Position numbers and translations under genes: made by a program. The notes under the pieces are model-generated. The model saw only the letters and a program-made list of their open reading frames with translations. It made no database searches and was not told where the DNA came from. This document shows, piece by piece, positions 37,708-48,066 of a stretch of DNA of 64,000 nucleotides. The first letter of the stretch is position 1, and each line of letters begins with the position of its first letter. Location: assembly GCA_046350795.1 (NCBI GenBank), contig JAXLZT010000001.1:484705-548704 (forward strand), written 5' to 3'. Source of the stretch: Minisyncoccota bacterium (GTDB taxonomy: Bacteria > Patescibacteriota > Minisyncoccia > Phycocordibacterales > CALRHW01).

Positions 37708-38831
37708 AAATACTTTTTACCGGTGGTGGATCGGGAGGCCACTTTTATCCAATCATTTCTATAGCTCAGGAGATAAACAGGCTAAGTAAAGAAAATCGTC
37801 TTCTTGCCCCTGAACTTTATTTTATGTCGCCACAGCCATATGATGCTGGCGTGCTTTTTGATAACAATATAATTTACAAAAAAAATTCTGCGGGAAAGGT
37901 GAGACGATATTTTTCTATACTCAACTTTTTTGATGTTTTCAAAACTATTTGGGGCGTGTTGCAATCTATTTTAGATATTTACTTTATTTATCCTGACGTC
38001 GTGTTTGGAAAAGGTGGATACGCTAGCTTTCCTGCGCTTTTTGCAGCACGATTTTTACGTATACCGGTAGTGATACATGAGTCTGATACTGTACCGGGTA
38101 AGGTAAATAAATGGGCGGGCAAGTTTGCACAGCGCATAGCGGTGTCGTATCCAGAGGCAGCAGAGTTTTTCCCAAAAGATAAAGTGGCATATACTGGCAA
38201 TCCAATACGCCAAGAGCTTGCTATGCCACTCAAAGAGGGTGCTTTTGATTTTCTAAAACTCGAGTCAGGTGTACCTGTCATTTTGGTTCTCGGTGGATCT
38301 CTAGGGTCTCAAATCATCAACGATACTATTATTGATGCCATACCAACACTTGTAAAAAATTACCAGATCATACATCAGACTGGAAAAAGAAATCTGCGAG
38401 ATGTGATCGGTCGCACAAGCGCAATGCTTTTAAATAATCCTCACAAAAGTCGATACAAAGCATATGATTATCTCGATGTGCTAGCTATGCGCATGGCCGC
38501 TGGTGCTGCAAATGTGATAGTATCTCGAGCTGGATCTGCAATATTTGAAATAGCGTCTTGGGGTGTGCCATCCGTGCTTATACCGATCACGGATTCCAAT
38601 GGAGATCATCAGCGCAAAAACGCTTTTGCATATGCTCGAAGCGGTGCATGTTTGGTAATAGAAGAGCTCAATCTCACACCAAATATTTTAGTATCAGAAG
38701 TACAAAGAATACTCGACAATCCTGAAGTAAGTGAAAAAATGCGTAATAGTGCAAATGCTTTTATAAAAAGAGACGCTTCTGAGCTTATTGCAAAAGAAAT
38801 ACTCGGCATAGCACTCAAGCATGAAAAATAA
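37704..38831 (+). CDS. murG: undecaprenyldiphospho-muramoylpentapeptide beta-N-acetylglucosaminyltransferase
   Basis: N-terminal GGGSGGHFYP motif; GT28 fold. Confidence 0.9.
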   Translation: MKILFTGGGSGGHFYPIISIAQEINRLSKENRLLAPELYFMSPQPYDAGVLFDNNIIYKKNSAGKVRRYFSILNFFDVFKTIWGVLQSILDIYFIYPDVVFGKGGYASFPALFAARFLRIPVVIHESDTVPGKVNKWAGKFAQRIAVSYPEAAEFFPKDKVAYTGNPIRQELAMPLKEGAFDFLKLESGVPVILVLGGSLGSQIINDTIIDAIPTLVKNYQIIHQTGKRNLRDVIGRTSAMLLNNPHKSRYKAYDYLDVLAMRMAAGAANVIVSRAGSAIFEIASWGVPSVLIPITDSNGDHQRKNAFAYARSGACLVIEELNLTPNILVSEVQRILDNPEVSEKMRNSANAFIKRDASELIAKEILGIALKHEK

Positions 38832-38832
38832 A

Positions 38833-40308
38833 ATGGCCGAAAAAATGTCAGAAAATAATTCACAAAAAACAGTCACTCGCTTTGCGCCGTCACCGACAGG
38901 CTTTTTGCATATTGGTGGAGTGCGCACAGCTCTTTTTGCATACCTTTGGGCACGCAAAAACAACGGCACTTTTATCCTGCGCATTGAAGATACTGATAAA
39001 GAGCGGGAAGTAGCTGGATCTATCAAACACATCACTGAGTCTTTAGAGTGGCTTGGCCTAGAGTGGGACTACGGCCCAGACAAACCAGGCCCTTTTGGAT
39101 CTTGTATACAGTCAGAGCGCACCAATACTCACAAAGAGTTTGCACAAAAGCTCATAGACAAAGGTCTGGCATATCCAGATCCGTATACACAAGAAGAGGT
39201 GGCTGCTTTTCGTACAAAAGCACAAGAAGAAAAGCGACCATTTCTTTTTCGCGATCATAGACCAGAAACTTTTGAAAAATGGGACGGCACAAAACCCCTT
39301 CGCTTTAAAGTACCTGAAATAAAAAGATACAAATGGCATGACGAAGTGCGTGGTGATCTAGAAGCGGGCGAAGAAGCGCTTGATGATTTTGTGCTTATAA
39401 AAGCAGATGGATATCCTACATACAATTTTGCACACATTGTAGATGATTTTTTGATGGGTGTGACCCATATCATGCGTGCAGACGAATACATTTCTAGTAT
39501 GCCTAGATTTTTGAGCCTGTATGATGCGCTAGAAATACCATATCCAAAGTTTGTGACACTACCACCGATCCTGCGTGATGATCGTACAAAAAAGCTAGGC
39601 AAACGCGATGGTGCAAAAGATATTTTTGATTACAAATCAGAGGGATATTTGCCTGAAGCGATGGTCAACTTTCTTGCGCTCACTGGCTGGAATCCAGGCA
39701 CAGAAAAAGAAATGTTTGATCGCACAGAGCTCATGGATGCTTTTGAGCTAAATAAAATACAAAAAGCTGGTGCGGTCTTTAATGAAACAAAACTCCTCTG
39801 GCTCAATCATGAATGGATAAAAAAGACGCCGGTAGAAAAACTCCACACGACTATCAACAACACGATTGTGGCCTTTAATCCAAAATTTGTCATATCTCAA
39901 AATGTTTTAGAAAAAATCACACCGATCATAGTGGAGCGTGTGCAAAAATGGAGTGATCTGACGGAAATGCTTAAATTAGGCGAATTAGACTATGTCTTTA
40001 CACGACCGGCCATAGATAAAGAAAAACTAAAATGGAAAGACGAGGCGGATTTTGAAAACACAAAAGCTCATTTAGAAAAAGCCATCGAACAATTTAGCGC
40101 TCTCTCTGATGCCGACTGGGAAAATGTCGACGCTCTAAAAAATTCTGTTTGGGATTATGCCACAGAAAAGGGTCGCGGTGCCGTCCTTTGGCCTATTCGT
40201 TTTGCTCTCACAGGAAAAGAAAAGTCTCCGGATTCTTTTATCGTTGCTAGCATCATAGGTAAAACAGAAACCCTCGCTCGCCTCAAAAGCGCTATAGATT
40301 TGATATAA
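38833..40308 (+). CDS. gltX: glutamate--tRNA ligase
   Basis: HIGG (PTGFLHIGGVRTA) and KLGKR (KMSKS-like). The start is set at the ATG just after the murG stop; the track start at 38821 overlaps murG. Confidence 0.9.
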   Translation: MAEKMSENNSQKTVTRFAPSPTGFLHIGGVRTALFAYLWARKNNGTFILRIEDTDKEREVAGSIKHITESLEWLGLEWDYGPDKPGPFGSCIQSERTNTHKEFAQKLIDKGLAYPDPYTQEEVAAFRTKAQEEKRPFLFRDHRPETFEKWDGTKPLRFKVPEIKRYKWHDEVRGDLEAGEEALDDFVLIKADGYPTYNFAHIVDDFLMGVTHIMRADEYISSMPRFLSLYDALEIPYPKFVTLPPILRDDRTKKLGKRDGAKDIFDYKSEGYLPEAMVNFLALTGWNPGTEKEMFDRTELMDAFELNKIQKAGAVFNETKLLWLNHEWIKKTPVEKLHTTINNTIVAFNPKFVISQNVLEKITPIIVERVQKWSDLTEMLKLGELDYVFTRPAIDKEKLKWKDEADFENTKAHLEKAIEQFSALSDADWENVDALKNSVWDYATEKGRGAVLWPIRFALTGKEKSPDSFIVASIIGKTETLARLKSAIDLI

Positions 40309-40317
40309 TAAACACAT

Positions 40318-41580
40318 ATGAAAAAAGTGTTTATTAGCCTTTTGCTTTTTGCTATGCTTTTTTTGCATCCATTTGGTGCAAAAAGCGCAACTGTAGAAGA
40401 ATTACAGCAAAGCATAGAAGAAAAAAGTAAACAAATAGAAACACTAAATAAAGAGATCGAGCTAATTGATAAAAAAATACAAACAACAGCGAGTACAGGT
40501 CAAACTTTACAAAGTGCAATTAAAATACTCGATACTTCTGCCAGCAAATTAAATACAGAAGTAAAAGTAACAGAAAGTAAGATAACAAAAACCGATCTAA
40601 ATATAGAACAAATCGGACTAGAGATTGGTGCCAAAGAACAAAAAATAGAGCGAAATAAGCAAACCATTGCGAAAACATTACGAGAAATAAATAGCTCCGA
40701 AGACAACTCTATTTTAGAGATTGTACTTTCTGGTACAGATCTGGCTGATATGTGGGACAACGTAGCAAAGGTGGAGAGATTTCAAAATAGTATGAAGGAG
40801 CAGATATATGAGCTCACTGGATACAAGACCGAGCTAGAAAAAAAGAAAGCTGAAACAGAGGATTTAAAAAAAGATTTACAGAGTCTAAAAAATCAGCTAG
40901 TTGATAAAAAAACTGTCATTGATATAAACAAAAAAGAAAAATCTACCCTTCTTTCGCAAACAAAAAACGAAGAAGCCAACTATCGTAAAATTTTAACAGA
41001 AAAAAAAGCTCTTGCTGATTCATTTCAAAATGAAATTTTCAATATTGAGTCAAAGATAAAGACAATCATTGATCCAAACAGTATTCCTGCTGTTGGTAAA
41101 GGTGTATTATCCTGGCCAACTGACAATGTGTTTATTACTCAATACTTTGGAGATACAGCTTTTTCTCGCACAGGTGTTTACAATGGAAAAGGTCACAATG
41201 GTATAGATTTTCGAGCACCGGTAGGTACACCTATAAAAGCTGTACTTTCGGGTGTAGTAGAAGAAGTCGGAAATACTGATGTTTTGCCAAAATGCCTATC
41301 ATACGGTAAATGGGTATTTATCCGTCATAACAACGGCCTATCGAGCGTATACGGCCATTTAAGCCTTATAAAAGCCAAAGCTGGAGATGTGGTAAAGACG
41401 GGGGATATTATAGGCTATGCTGGTCAAACCGGCTATGCTTTTGGGCCTCATTTACATCTAAGCCTATTTGCTAGTCAGGGTGTAAGCGTACAGCCCCTGG
41501 TCAACAGTGTAAATTGTAAAAATGCTCGCATTCCTATTGCTAGTCAAAATGCTTACTTAAATCCTTTACCGTATTTCTAG
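40318..41580 (+). CDS. M23 family metallopeptidase with N-terminal coiled-coil (EnvC/LytM-like)
   Basis: Signal or anchor sequence, a long coiled-coil, and C-terminal HxxxD (GHNGID) and HLH (GPHLHLS) motifs. Confidence 0.85.
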   Translation: MKKVFISLLLFAMLFLHPFGAKSATVEELQQSIEEKSKQIETLNKEIELIDKKIQTTASTGQTLQSAIKILDTSASKLNTEVKVTESKITKTDLNIEQIGLEIGAKEQKIERNKQTIAKTLREINSSEDNSILEIVLSGTDLADMWDNVAKVERFQNSMKEQIYELTGYKTELEKKKAETEDLKKDLQSLKNQLVDKKTVIDINKKEKSTLLSQTKNEEANYRKILTEKKALADSFQNEIFNIESKIKTIIDPNSIPAVGKGVLSWPTDNVFITQYFGDTAFSRTGVYNGKGHNGIDFRAPVGTPIKAVLSGVVEEVGNTDVLPKCLSYGKWVFIRHNNGLSSVYGHLSLIKAKAGDVVKTGDIIGYAGQTGYAFGPHLHLSLFASQGVSVQPLVNSVNCKNARIPIASQNAYLNPLPYF

Positions 41581-42653
41581 TGAAATCTCTTGTATAAACA
41601 ATAAACGAAATACCAAAAAGGGCTTATCACAACATCATAAAGTTTATCGTGTTGTACTACATTTCCACCAAATCTTTTTTTAAACTTTGTCAGTCCACCC
41701 CAGCTGTCGCTCCCATCATCAACATGGCTCACACCACCAAAATTGTACCAATGATACCCCTTTTCTTTTAAATATTTTATCGTCGCCATCTGTGCTCCAT
41801 ATGCTGGCATGACTTTTCTGTTTTCATTACTAGTACCACCAAAAATATACATAGCCGTGTCGCCATACAAAATTACCAGATTTGCAGAAAGTATTTTTCC
41901 AGAATGAGACGAGAGTACGAGTATTGCATTTTTATCTTTATCACAATGATTAAAAATATTTTTGTAATATTCCTGTGAATGTAAATGAAAACCGTCACGA
42001 TCCGCCGTCTCTTTTAAAATAGAATAGAAAGTGCTGAAATGAGAGGAAAAATTTTCCTCTATTATCTGATTGCTCACTTCATTTTTTTCTGAAAGACGCA
42101 CACAGTAACGTGTGTTTTTGTGCATATCGCGCAAGATGTCTTGCTCAGATTGATGTAAATCTAAATACCATTCTAAACGAGGTTGAAATTGCGCCGAATG
42201 ATATGTGTAGCTTGGCGCAAGATGAAATACCTTATCAAATTGTTCTTTTTGGTATTTTTTTGAAACAGTAAAATCTGCTCTAACAAAAATAGCATCTTCT
42301 TTTTTTGCCAAATCAATCAAAAATTTTCTTATCTCATTAAGCAGGGAAGTAGTAACATCACAAAAAAGCACCGGGCCATATGGTATATAAAGAAAACTTT
42401 TTTTAAAAGCTGTGGGAAATTTTATCACCTGAAAACTACCGATAGTGGATTGTGTAACATCATCTGTAATTAAAAACCTCCACACCTTTCTACCGGTACT
42501 TTTCTGCCATTCTCCATAGAAAAAAGCCTGCGTAAAAGGGGTTGATGGGTAAAATCGTGACGGATCAAACTCACTTTCTTTTGTGGATTCTTTTATTGTC
42601 ATTGATGAAAAATTGTATGATACTATAATATAGACATTATTATTACAATACAA
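41577..42653 (-). CDS. FemAB family peptidoglycan aminoacyltransferase
   Basis: FemX-like N-terminus (PFTQAFFYGEWQK) and GNAT-like duplication. The start is more likely the second ATG (about 42602, MTIKEST). Confidence 0.75.
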   Translation of the reverse strand: MYCNNNVYIIVSYNFSSMTIKESTKESEFDPSRFYPSTPFTQAFFYGEWQKSTGRKVWRFLITDDVTQSTIGSFQVIKFPTAFKKSFLYIPYGPVLFCDVTTSLLNEIRKFLIDLAKKEDAIFVRADFTVSKKYQKEQFDKVFHLAPSYTYHSAQFQPRLEWYLDLHQSEQDILRDMHKNTRYCVRLSEKNEVSNQIIEENFSSHFSTFYSILKETADRDGFHLHSQEYYKNIFNHCDKDKNAILVLSSHSGKILSANLVILYGDTAMYIFGGTSNENRKVMPAYGAQMATIKYLKEKGYHWYNFGGVSHVDDGSDSWGGLTKFKKRFGGNVVQHDKLYDVVISPFWYFVYCLYKRFH

Positions 42654-42978
42654 TGCAAAAAGACAATCAAAATAAAGGCTTTATAATGACGATTATTTTA
42701 ATAATCGTTGCGATAGTTATATTAAAATTCGTTTTCCATATTGATATTACTGACATCTTCAACTACGTCAGCCATGTCGTTACTTTTCTTTGGGGCAAAA
42801 TATCTGGCATTTTTAATTAAATTCGTTTAGTATTCTGGTTTCATGAAGGCTTTAAAAATTGCGCTATTCATATTGCTGGTGCCTATTTATGGTCCACTAT
42901 ACGTTTTTTTACATTACACCTTTTCTTGGTGGGAAGGTCTTTTAGATTAAAAAACAAGACCTGTGTTAAAATATATCT

Positions 42979-43848
42979 GTGAAAAAACAAACAATCATAA
43001 TACTGTTTGTGGTGTTGATACTGTCGATTTTTACATTTTTGTATATAAAATCAGACCTCATTTCAACACCAATAGAAAATCGTCTTAAAAACGCCGAATC
43101 TTTTGTGCGAGAAAAGATCTTTCAAATATCAAAAGAAATTTCAAATCCCGGACCGCTTTTTGGTAATAGAAAATCTTCAAACGTAATACTCACAAAAGCG
43201 GGCGTGCTCATGTGGACCAACATTGAGCGTAAGCAAAACTCTGAATACGGGGCTCTAAAAGAAAACGTTGATTTAAATAAAATCGCACAACTACGCCTAG
43301 AAGATATGTTTGCAAAACAATATTTTGAACACGTCTCACCCACAGGCGAAAGCGCTTCTGACGTTGCTGATGAAGTAGGATATGAATATATCGCTGTGGG
43401 AGAAAATATTGCTTTAGGAAATTTTGATAACGATGAAGCTCTTGTTCAGGCATGGATGAATAGTCCCGGACATCGCGCCAATATTTTAAATAAAAAATAT
43501 CGAGAAATAGGTATCGCTACTAAAAAAGGCATGTATGATGGTGATGAGGTGTGGATTGCTGTACAGATTTTTGGTCGCCCACTTTCTGACTGTACTGAGC
43601 CTTCAGCTATATTAAAAAACAATATAGAAAAAAACCAAAATGAAATAGAAGAATTAAAAAAAGAAGCTTCAGATATGTATGCTGTGCTTCAGTCATTAAA
43701 AAATCACAGTTCTCAAGAATACAATTCAAAAGTAGATGAATATAATGCTATTGTTAATAAGGTAAATGATAAAGTGGCAAAGACAAAAGATCTCATCGCA
43801 CAATACAACGAACAAGCAAAAATATTTAATACCTGTTTAGAAAATTAA
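42979..43848 (+). CDS. CAP/SCP domain protein (YkwD-like), membrane-anchored, with a C-terminal coiled-coil
   Basis: N-terminal transmembrane helix and a CAP domain block (GENIALG...W..SPGHRANIL). Confidence 0.75.
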   Translation: MKKQTIIILFVVLILSIFTFLYIKSDLISTPIENRLKNAESFVREKIFQISKEISNPGPLFGNRKSSNVILTKAGVLMWTNIERKQNSEYGALKENVDLNKIAQLRLEDMFAKQYFEHVSPTGESASDVADEVGYEYIAVGENIALGNFDNDEALVQAWMNSPGHRANILNKKYREIGIATKKGMYDGDEVWIAVQIFGRPLSDCTEPSAILKNNIEKNQNEIEELKKEASDMYAVLQSLKNHSSQEYNSKVDEYNAIVNKVNDKVAKTKDLIAQYNEQAKIFNTCLEN

Positions 43849-43849
43849 A

Positions 43850-44992
43850 ATGAAAAAATTTCCAGAAAAATTTTTGTGGGGAAGCTCAACCGCGTCTTAT
43901 CAAGTAGAAGGCGGTATAGAAAACAATGATTGGGCGCAAGCTGCCCGAGAGGGGAAAGTGCCTGTGTGTGGTCGCGCTTGTGATCATTACAATCTATATG
44001 AACAAGATTTCGACATTATTCAAAAACTTGGTCACAATACTCACAAAATATCGATAGAATGGTCTAGGATCGAGCCAGAAGAGGGGATTTTTAATGAAGA
44101 AGAAATCGACCACTACCGTCGTGTTATAGACTCTCTACATCGTAGAAATATAAAGCCGATAATAAATCTTTGGCATTTCACTATTCCTATTTGGTTTTCA
44201 AAAATGGGAAGTTTCCAAAATAATAAATCGACTTTTTATTTTGCACGATACTGCAAATATGTTACAGAAAAACTTGGTGACAAATCCGACACTTGGGTCA
44301 CCATAAACGAGCCAATGGTCTGGTCTTCTGGATCATACTTACGTGGTCAATGGCCTCCATTTAAAAAAAGTATTTTTTCTTACCTAAAGGTAATAAAAAA
44401 TCTAGCGAAAGCACACAATACGGCTTATATAGAAATGAAAAAGGTTAAACCAAAAATACAAATTGGTATTTCTAAAAACAATATGTATTTTCATTCAAAT
44501 CTAAACCCAATCAATATATTTAAAGCACATTTCATGAGATGGTTTTGGAATCGTCGTTTTCTCAATAAAATAAATGATTATCAAGATTTTATCGGAGTAA
44601 ATCATTATTTTCATAAAAAATTTGGTGATAAAGAAAGTTATCCAAAATCAGATATGGGTTGGGATATATATCCTCCGGCTTTGTATCATGTACTCATAGA
44701 ATTAAGACGCTACAAAAAACCAATAATAGTCACCGAAAATGGTATCGCAGATGAATCAGATACAAAAAGGGGAGCTTTTATAAGAGATTATGTTGGGTCA
44801 GTACATAAGGCCATAGAACACGGTGTAGATGTGCGCGGATATTTACATTGGTCACTTTTAGACAATTATGAATGGGCTTTTGGATTTGAAAAAAGATTTG
44901 GTCTAGTAGAGGTAAATTACAACACATTAAAAAGAACGGTTCGTCAATCTGCATTTGAATATAAGAAAATCTGTGATGCAAATGCGCTGTAA
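43850..44992 (+). CDS. glycoside hydrolase family 1 (beta-glucosidase-like)
   Basis: Acid/base TINEP and nucleophile VTENG motifs. At 380 aa it is short for GH1. Confidence 0.75.
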   Translation: MKKFPEKFLWGSSTASYQVEGGIENNDWAQAAREGKVPVCGRACDHYNLYEQDFDIIQKLGHNTHKISIEWSRIEPEEGIFNEEEIDHYRRVIDSLHRRNIKPIINLWHFTIPIWFSKMGSFQNNKSTFYFARYCKYVTEKLGDKSDTWVTINEPMVWSSGSYLRGQWPPFKKSIFSYLKVIKNLAKAHNTAYIEMKKVKPKIQIGISKNNMYFHSNLNPINIFKAHFMRWFWNRRFLNKINDYQDFIGVNHYFHKKFGDKESYPKSDMGWDIYPPALYHVLIELRRYKKPIIVTENGIADESDTKRGAFIRDYVGSVHKAIEHGVDVRGYLHWSLLDNYEWAFGFEKRFGLVEVNYNTLKRTVRQSAFEYKKICDANAL

Positions 44993-45013
44993 ATATGTTT
45001 TAATAAAGTATAT

Positions 45014-45904
45014 ATGATGGGTTTTTCATTATTGTTCGTTGTCATAGCTCAATTCTTAAATGCAATAGTCGCTGTATTAGACAAACACATAATTAAAAAT
45101 TCCAAGCCGGTCGTTTACGCATTTTATGTCAGCATACTCTCTGGTATTGCTATTATTATGGTGCCTTTCGGCATAGTCTCGATACCTGATCCTATTATTA
45201 TCTATCTTTCTTTAGCTGCCGGTATATGCTACCTTGCATCTATTTTATTTTTATATGATTCACTTAGAATTTCTCTGCCGTCTGAAGTCATACCTGTAGT
45301 CGGTGCAGTATCTGCGGTATCTACATTTGGTTTTAGTTATTGGATACTTGGTGTACTACTTCCAGATGACTTTTTGCTTGCATTTACACTCCTTATATTA
45401 GGAATGCTTTTTATTTCTCACTTTGAATTTACAAAAAAATCTTTCGTCTATGTGGTGCTTTCTGGAGTCTTTTTTGGAGCGTCTACTGTTATTATAAAAA
45501 AGATATTTACTCTGGATGATTCTTTTGCCAACGGATTTTTCTGGTCACGTATGGCAAACGTTGTCGTAGCAATGCTTTTATTGCTCTGGCCAAACAATCT
45601 AAAAGCTATAAAAAAGGATTTGCACCGCTCACCAGCAAAAGGGAAGTTTGTGATCCTAAACAACAAGCTTTTGGCCGGACTAGCTTTTATTTGCATCCTT
45701 TTCGCTATAAAACTAGGTGATGTATCTCTAGTAAACGCACTTTCAAGCCTTCAATATGTATTTTTGCTTATCTTGTCGCTAATATTTTATAAAAAAATAC
45801 CCGGCCATTTCTCAAAGATGAAATATAAGGATGAAATGATTCATAAAATATTTTCTACAGCCCTTATCATTCTTGGCTTTATTGTTTTGTTTACAAAATT
45901 CTAA
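45014..45904 (+). CDS. polytopic membrane protein (about 10 transmembrane helices, DMT/EamA-like)
   Basis: Hydrophobicity pattern only. Confidence 0.4.
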   Translation: MMGFSLLFVVIAQFLNAIVAVLDKHIIKNSKPVVYAFYVSILSGIAIIMVPFGIVSIPDPIIIYLSLAAGICYLASILFLYDSLRISLPSEVIPVVGAVSAVSTFGFSYWILGVLLPDDFLLAFTLLILGMLFISHFEFTKKSFVYVVLSGVFFGASTVIIKKIFTLDDSFANGFFWSRMANVVVAMLLLLWPNNLKAIKKDLHRSPAKGKFVILNNKLLAGLAFICILFAIKLGDVSLVNALSSLQYVFLLILSLIFYKKIPGHFSKMKYKDEMIHKIFSTALIILGFIVLFTKF

Positions 45905-45906
45905 CC

Positions 45907-46911
45907 ATGCAAAAGTTTAGAAAATTTATTTTTTGGAGCGGGGTAGTGCTGACGATTATTTTTGCAATTCTTTTTTCTCTTTCTTTTACAAAAATTCCTT
46001 CAAAAATCACCTATGGTGTAACATTTAGCAAACTGCATTCAGAAGAGTTGAAACTCGATTGGAAAAAGGTCTTTCTCGCTTCTTTGGACGATTTAAAGAT
46101 CAGACAGTACAGACTTTCTGCGCATTGGGATAAGACCGAAATCCAAAAAGACAGCTACAACTTCGCCGATTTAGATTTTCAAATGAATGAAGCAAAAAAA
46201 AGAGATGCGAAGGTTATTTTGGCTGTCGGTAGACGCCTTCCAGGATGGCCAGAATGCCATGATCCAGAATGGACTAAAAATATTTCAAAAGAAGAAAAAC
46301 AGAAAGAACTGCTTACTTATATCGAAGACGTTGTAAATCGATACAAAGATTATCCAAATCTCATGTATTGGCAGGTAGAAAACGAACCTTTTTTAGTGTT
46401 GTACGCTCGACATAGTTGCGGAGATTTTTTTGACGCAGATTTTTATGATAAAGAAACTGCATTGGTGCGACAACTTGATCCTAATACCCCAATTTTTATT
46501 ACTGACAGCGGGGAACTGAGTTTGTGGTATCAGGCTTACACTCGGGCCGATGCTTTTGGCACAAGTATATATTTATATGTCTGGAATCATACTTTAGGCC
46601 AAATCAGATACCCTATCGTCCCAGCTTTTTTTAGAATCAAGCACAATATCATTAAAATGCTTTTTAAAGACAAACCTGCCATCATAAGCGAGCTTTCTAC
46701 CGAGCCATGGCTCTTAAAACCGATTATAGAGACTCCTATAAATGAACAACTAGAGCAAATGAACTTAGACAGGTTTAGTAGTATGATTTCGTTTGCATCA
46801 AAAACAGGATTTGATACGCAATATTTGTGGGGCGTAGAGTGGTGGTATTACATGAGAGAAAATGGTCATCCAGAGTTTTGGAACCTGGCCAGAGAGCTCT
46901 ATAAAAAATAA
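45907..46911 (+). CDS. membrane-anchored glycoside hydrolase, GH5/GH26-like (beta-mannanase or endoglucanase-like)
   Basis: N-terminal transmembrane helix, a WQVENEP catalytic-acid motif and a TIM-barrel-like layout. Confidence 0.5.
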   Translation: MQKFRKFIFWSGVVLTIIFAILFSLSFTKIPSKITYGVTFSKLHSEELKLDWKKVFLASLDDLKIRQYRLSAHWDKTEIQKDSYNFADLDFQMNEAKKRDAKVILAVGRRLPGWPECHDPEWTKNISKEEKQKELLTYIEDVVNRYKDYPNLMYWQVENEPFLVLYARHSCGDFFDADFYDKETALVRQLDPNTPIFITDSGELSLWYQAYTRADAFGTSIYLYVWNHTLGQIRYPIVPAFFRIKHNIIKMLFKDKPAIISELSTEPWLLKPIIETPINEQLEQMNLDRFSSMISFASKTGFDTQYLWGVEWWYYMRENGHPEFWNLARELYKK

Positions 46912-47076
46912 ATAAACCCAAGGGAAGTGGTCCTTAATTTAAAGGGCTTTTTTCCTAGGCCTACGTGTCGTAAAAGATATATTGTGCGACGTATATATAA
47001 AAGTTATCCACAGGTCCCCCCTAAAGAAAAAGCCGGGCAAACCCGGACCTCATCTTTTAAAAATATTCTGATTATT

Positions 47077-47412
47077 TTATTCTCCGTACATTTCTGTGCG
47101 AATATTTTTTAGCTTCGCAATAATTTCTGGATCTTTAATCAGACTGAATCTAGGGAAAGTATGACCTTCTTTTGTTACATCCCCCATCCACATATCTAAA
47201 GGTCTTAAATCAAAAAGTTTACCTGCTTTAAAAACAGATGCTTCGTAAAGCGGTCGGTACACGACCATGTTGGCATCTTCTGGTCGACAATCATCCTCAG
47301 TATGTACACCCACACCCACAACCTCATATGCGTAATCATTAAAAGCCTTGGCAGAGTCGTGTTTGTAATGATAGTAAAAACCTTTTTCGGGAACTTTATC
47401 TGGTATTTTCAT
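47077..47412 (-). CDS. DUF1653 family protein
   Basis: GFYYHYKH...YEVVGV...VVYRPLY...RPL..F matches the DUF1653 consensus pattern. Confidence 0.6.
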   Translation of the reverse strand: MKIPDKVPEKGFYYHYKHDSAKAFNDYAYEVVGVGVHTEDDCRPEDANMVVYRPLYEASVFKAGKLFDLRPLDMWMGDVTKEGHTFPRFSLIKDPEIIAKLKNIRTEMYGE

Positions 47413-47470
47413 ATCTTTTATTATAACACAACAAAAAAGACCCCCGTTAGGAGATCTTTTTTGTAGAATA

Positions 47471-47950
47471 TTATTCTATTGTAATACCGTCATCAGCTCT
47501 CATGGCAAGATTTTGTGTTTTTGCCCAACAAGGAGATGAAGGCAACCAATCACGAGTACCGTTTTTACTATACAAGTGACGAGCGTAGGCTAGATTGTCT
47601 TCCATCTTATGTAGATCTAGACCCATCTTTTTTGCCTTATCAGCGTGATAAAATTCATTAATCTGCATCACGCCCACGTCTTTGTTGTTTTTCTTTCCAC
47701 GAAGAACCTGTCCATTCGTATCTGTTTGTCTAAACTGAGACTCGCATCGAGCGACTTCAGCCAAAATAGGAATGTCTGAGAAATAGTTTCTTACGTAAGC
47801 TTCAGTTGATACTGGTTTCTCAGTCTCCTCTTTTGTTCGCTCAATTACTTGAGGCTCTGTTTTAGGTGTTAAAGGAACTTGTGAGTCTACTGGCGTACCA
47901 GTCATACCCGCTAAAACCAAATACAAACTAACCGCTGTCATATTTAACAT
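47471..47950 (-). CDS. lytic transglycosylase, SLT domain, secreted
   Basis: Signal-like N-terminus; the catalytic E-S (CESQF) and GVMQIN motif. Confidence 0.7.
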   Translation of the reverse strand: MLNMTAVSLYLVLAGMTGTPVDSQVPLTPKTEPQVIERTKEETEKPVSTEAYVRNYFSDIPILAEVARCESQFRQTDTNGQVLRGKKNNKDVGVMQINEFYHADKAKKMGLDLHKMEDNLAYARHLYSKNGTRDWLPSSPCWAKTQNLAMRADDGITIE

Positions 47951-48066
47951 ATATTTGCTTACTTAGATTATTCCCTTTCGGGCTTATCTAAATAAAAAAC
48001 TCAGCGCTAACTGAGATGTATATATAATAGCATATTGCAAGCCTCCTGTCAATGACAAAATGGTTT

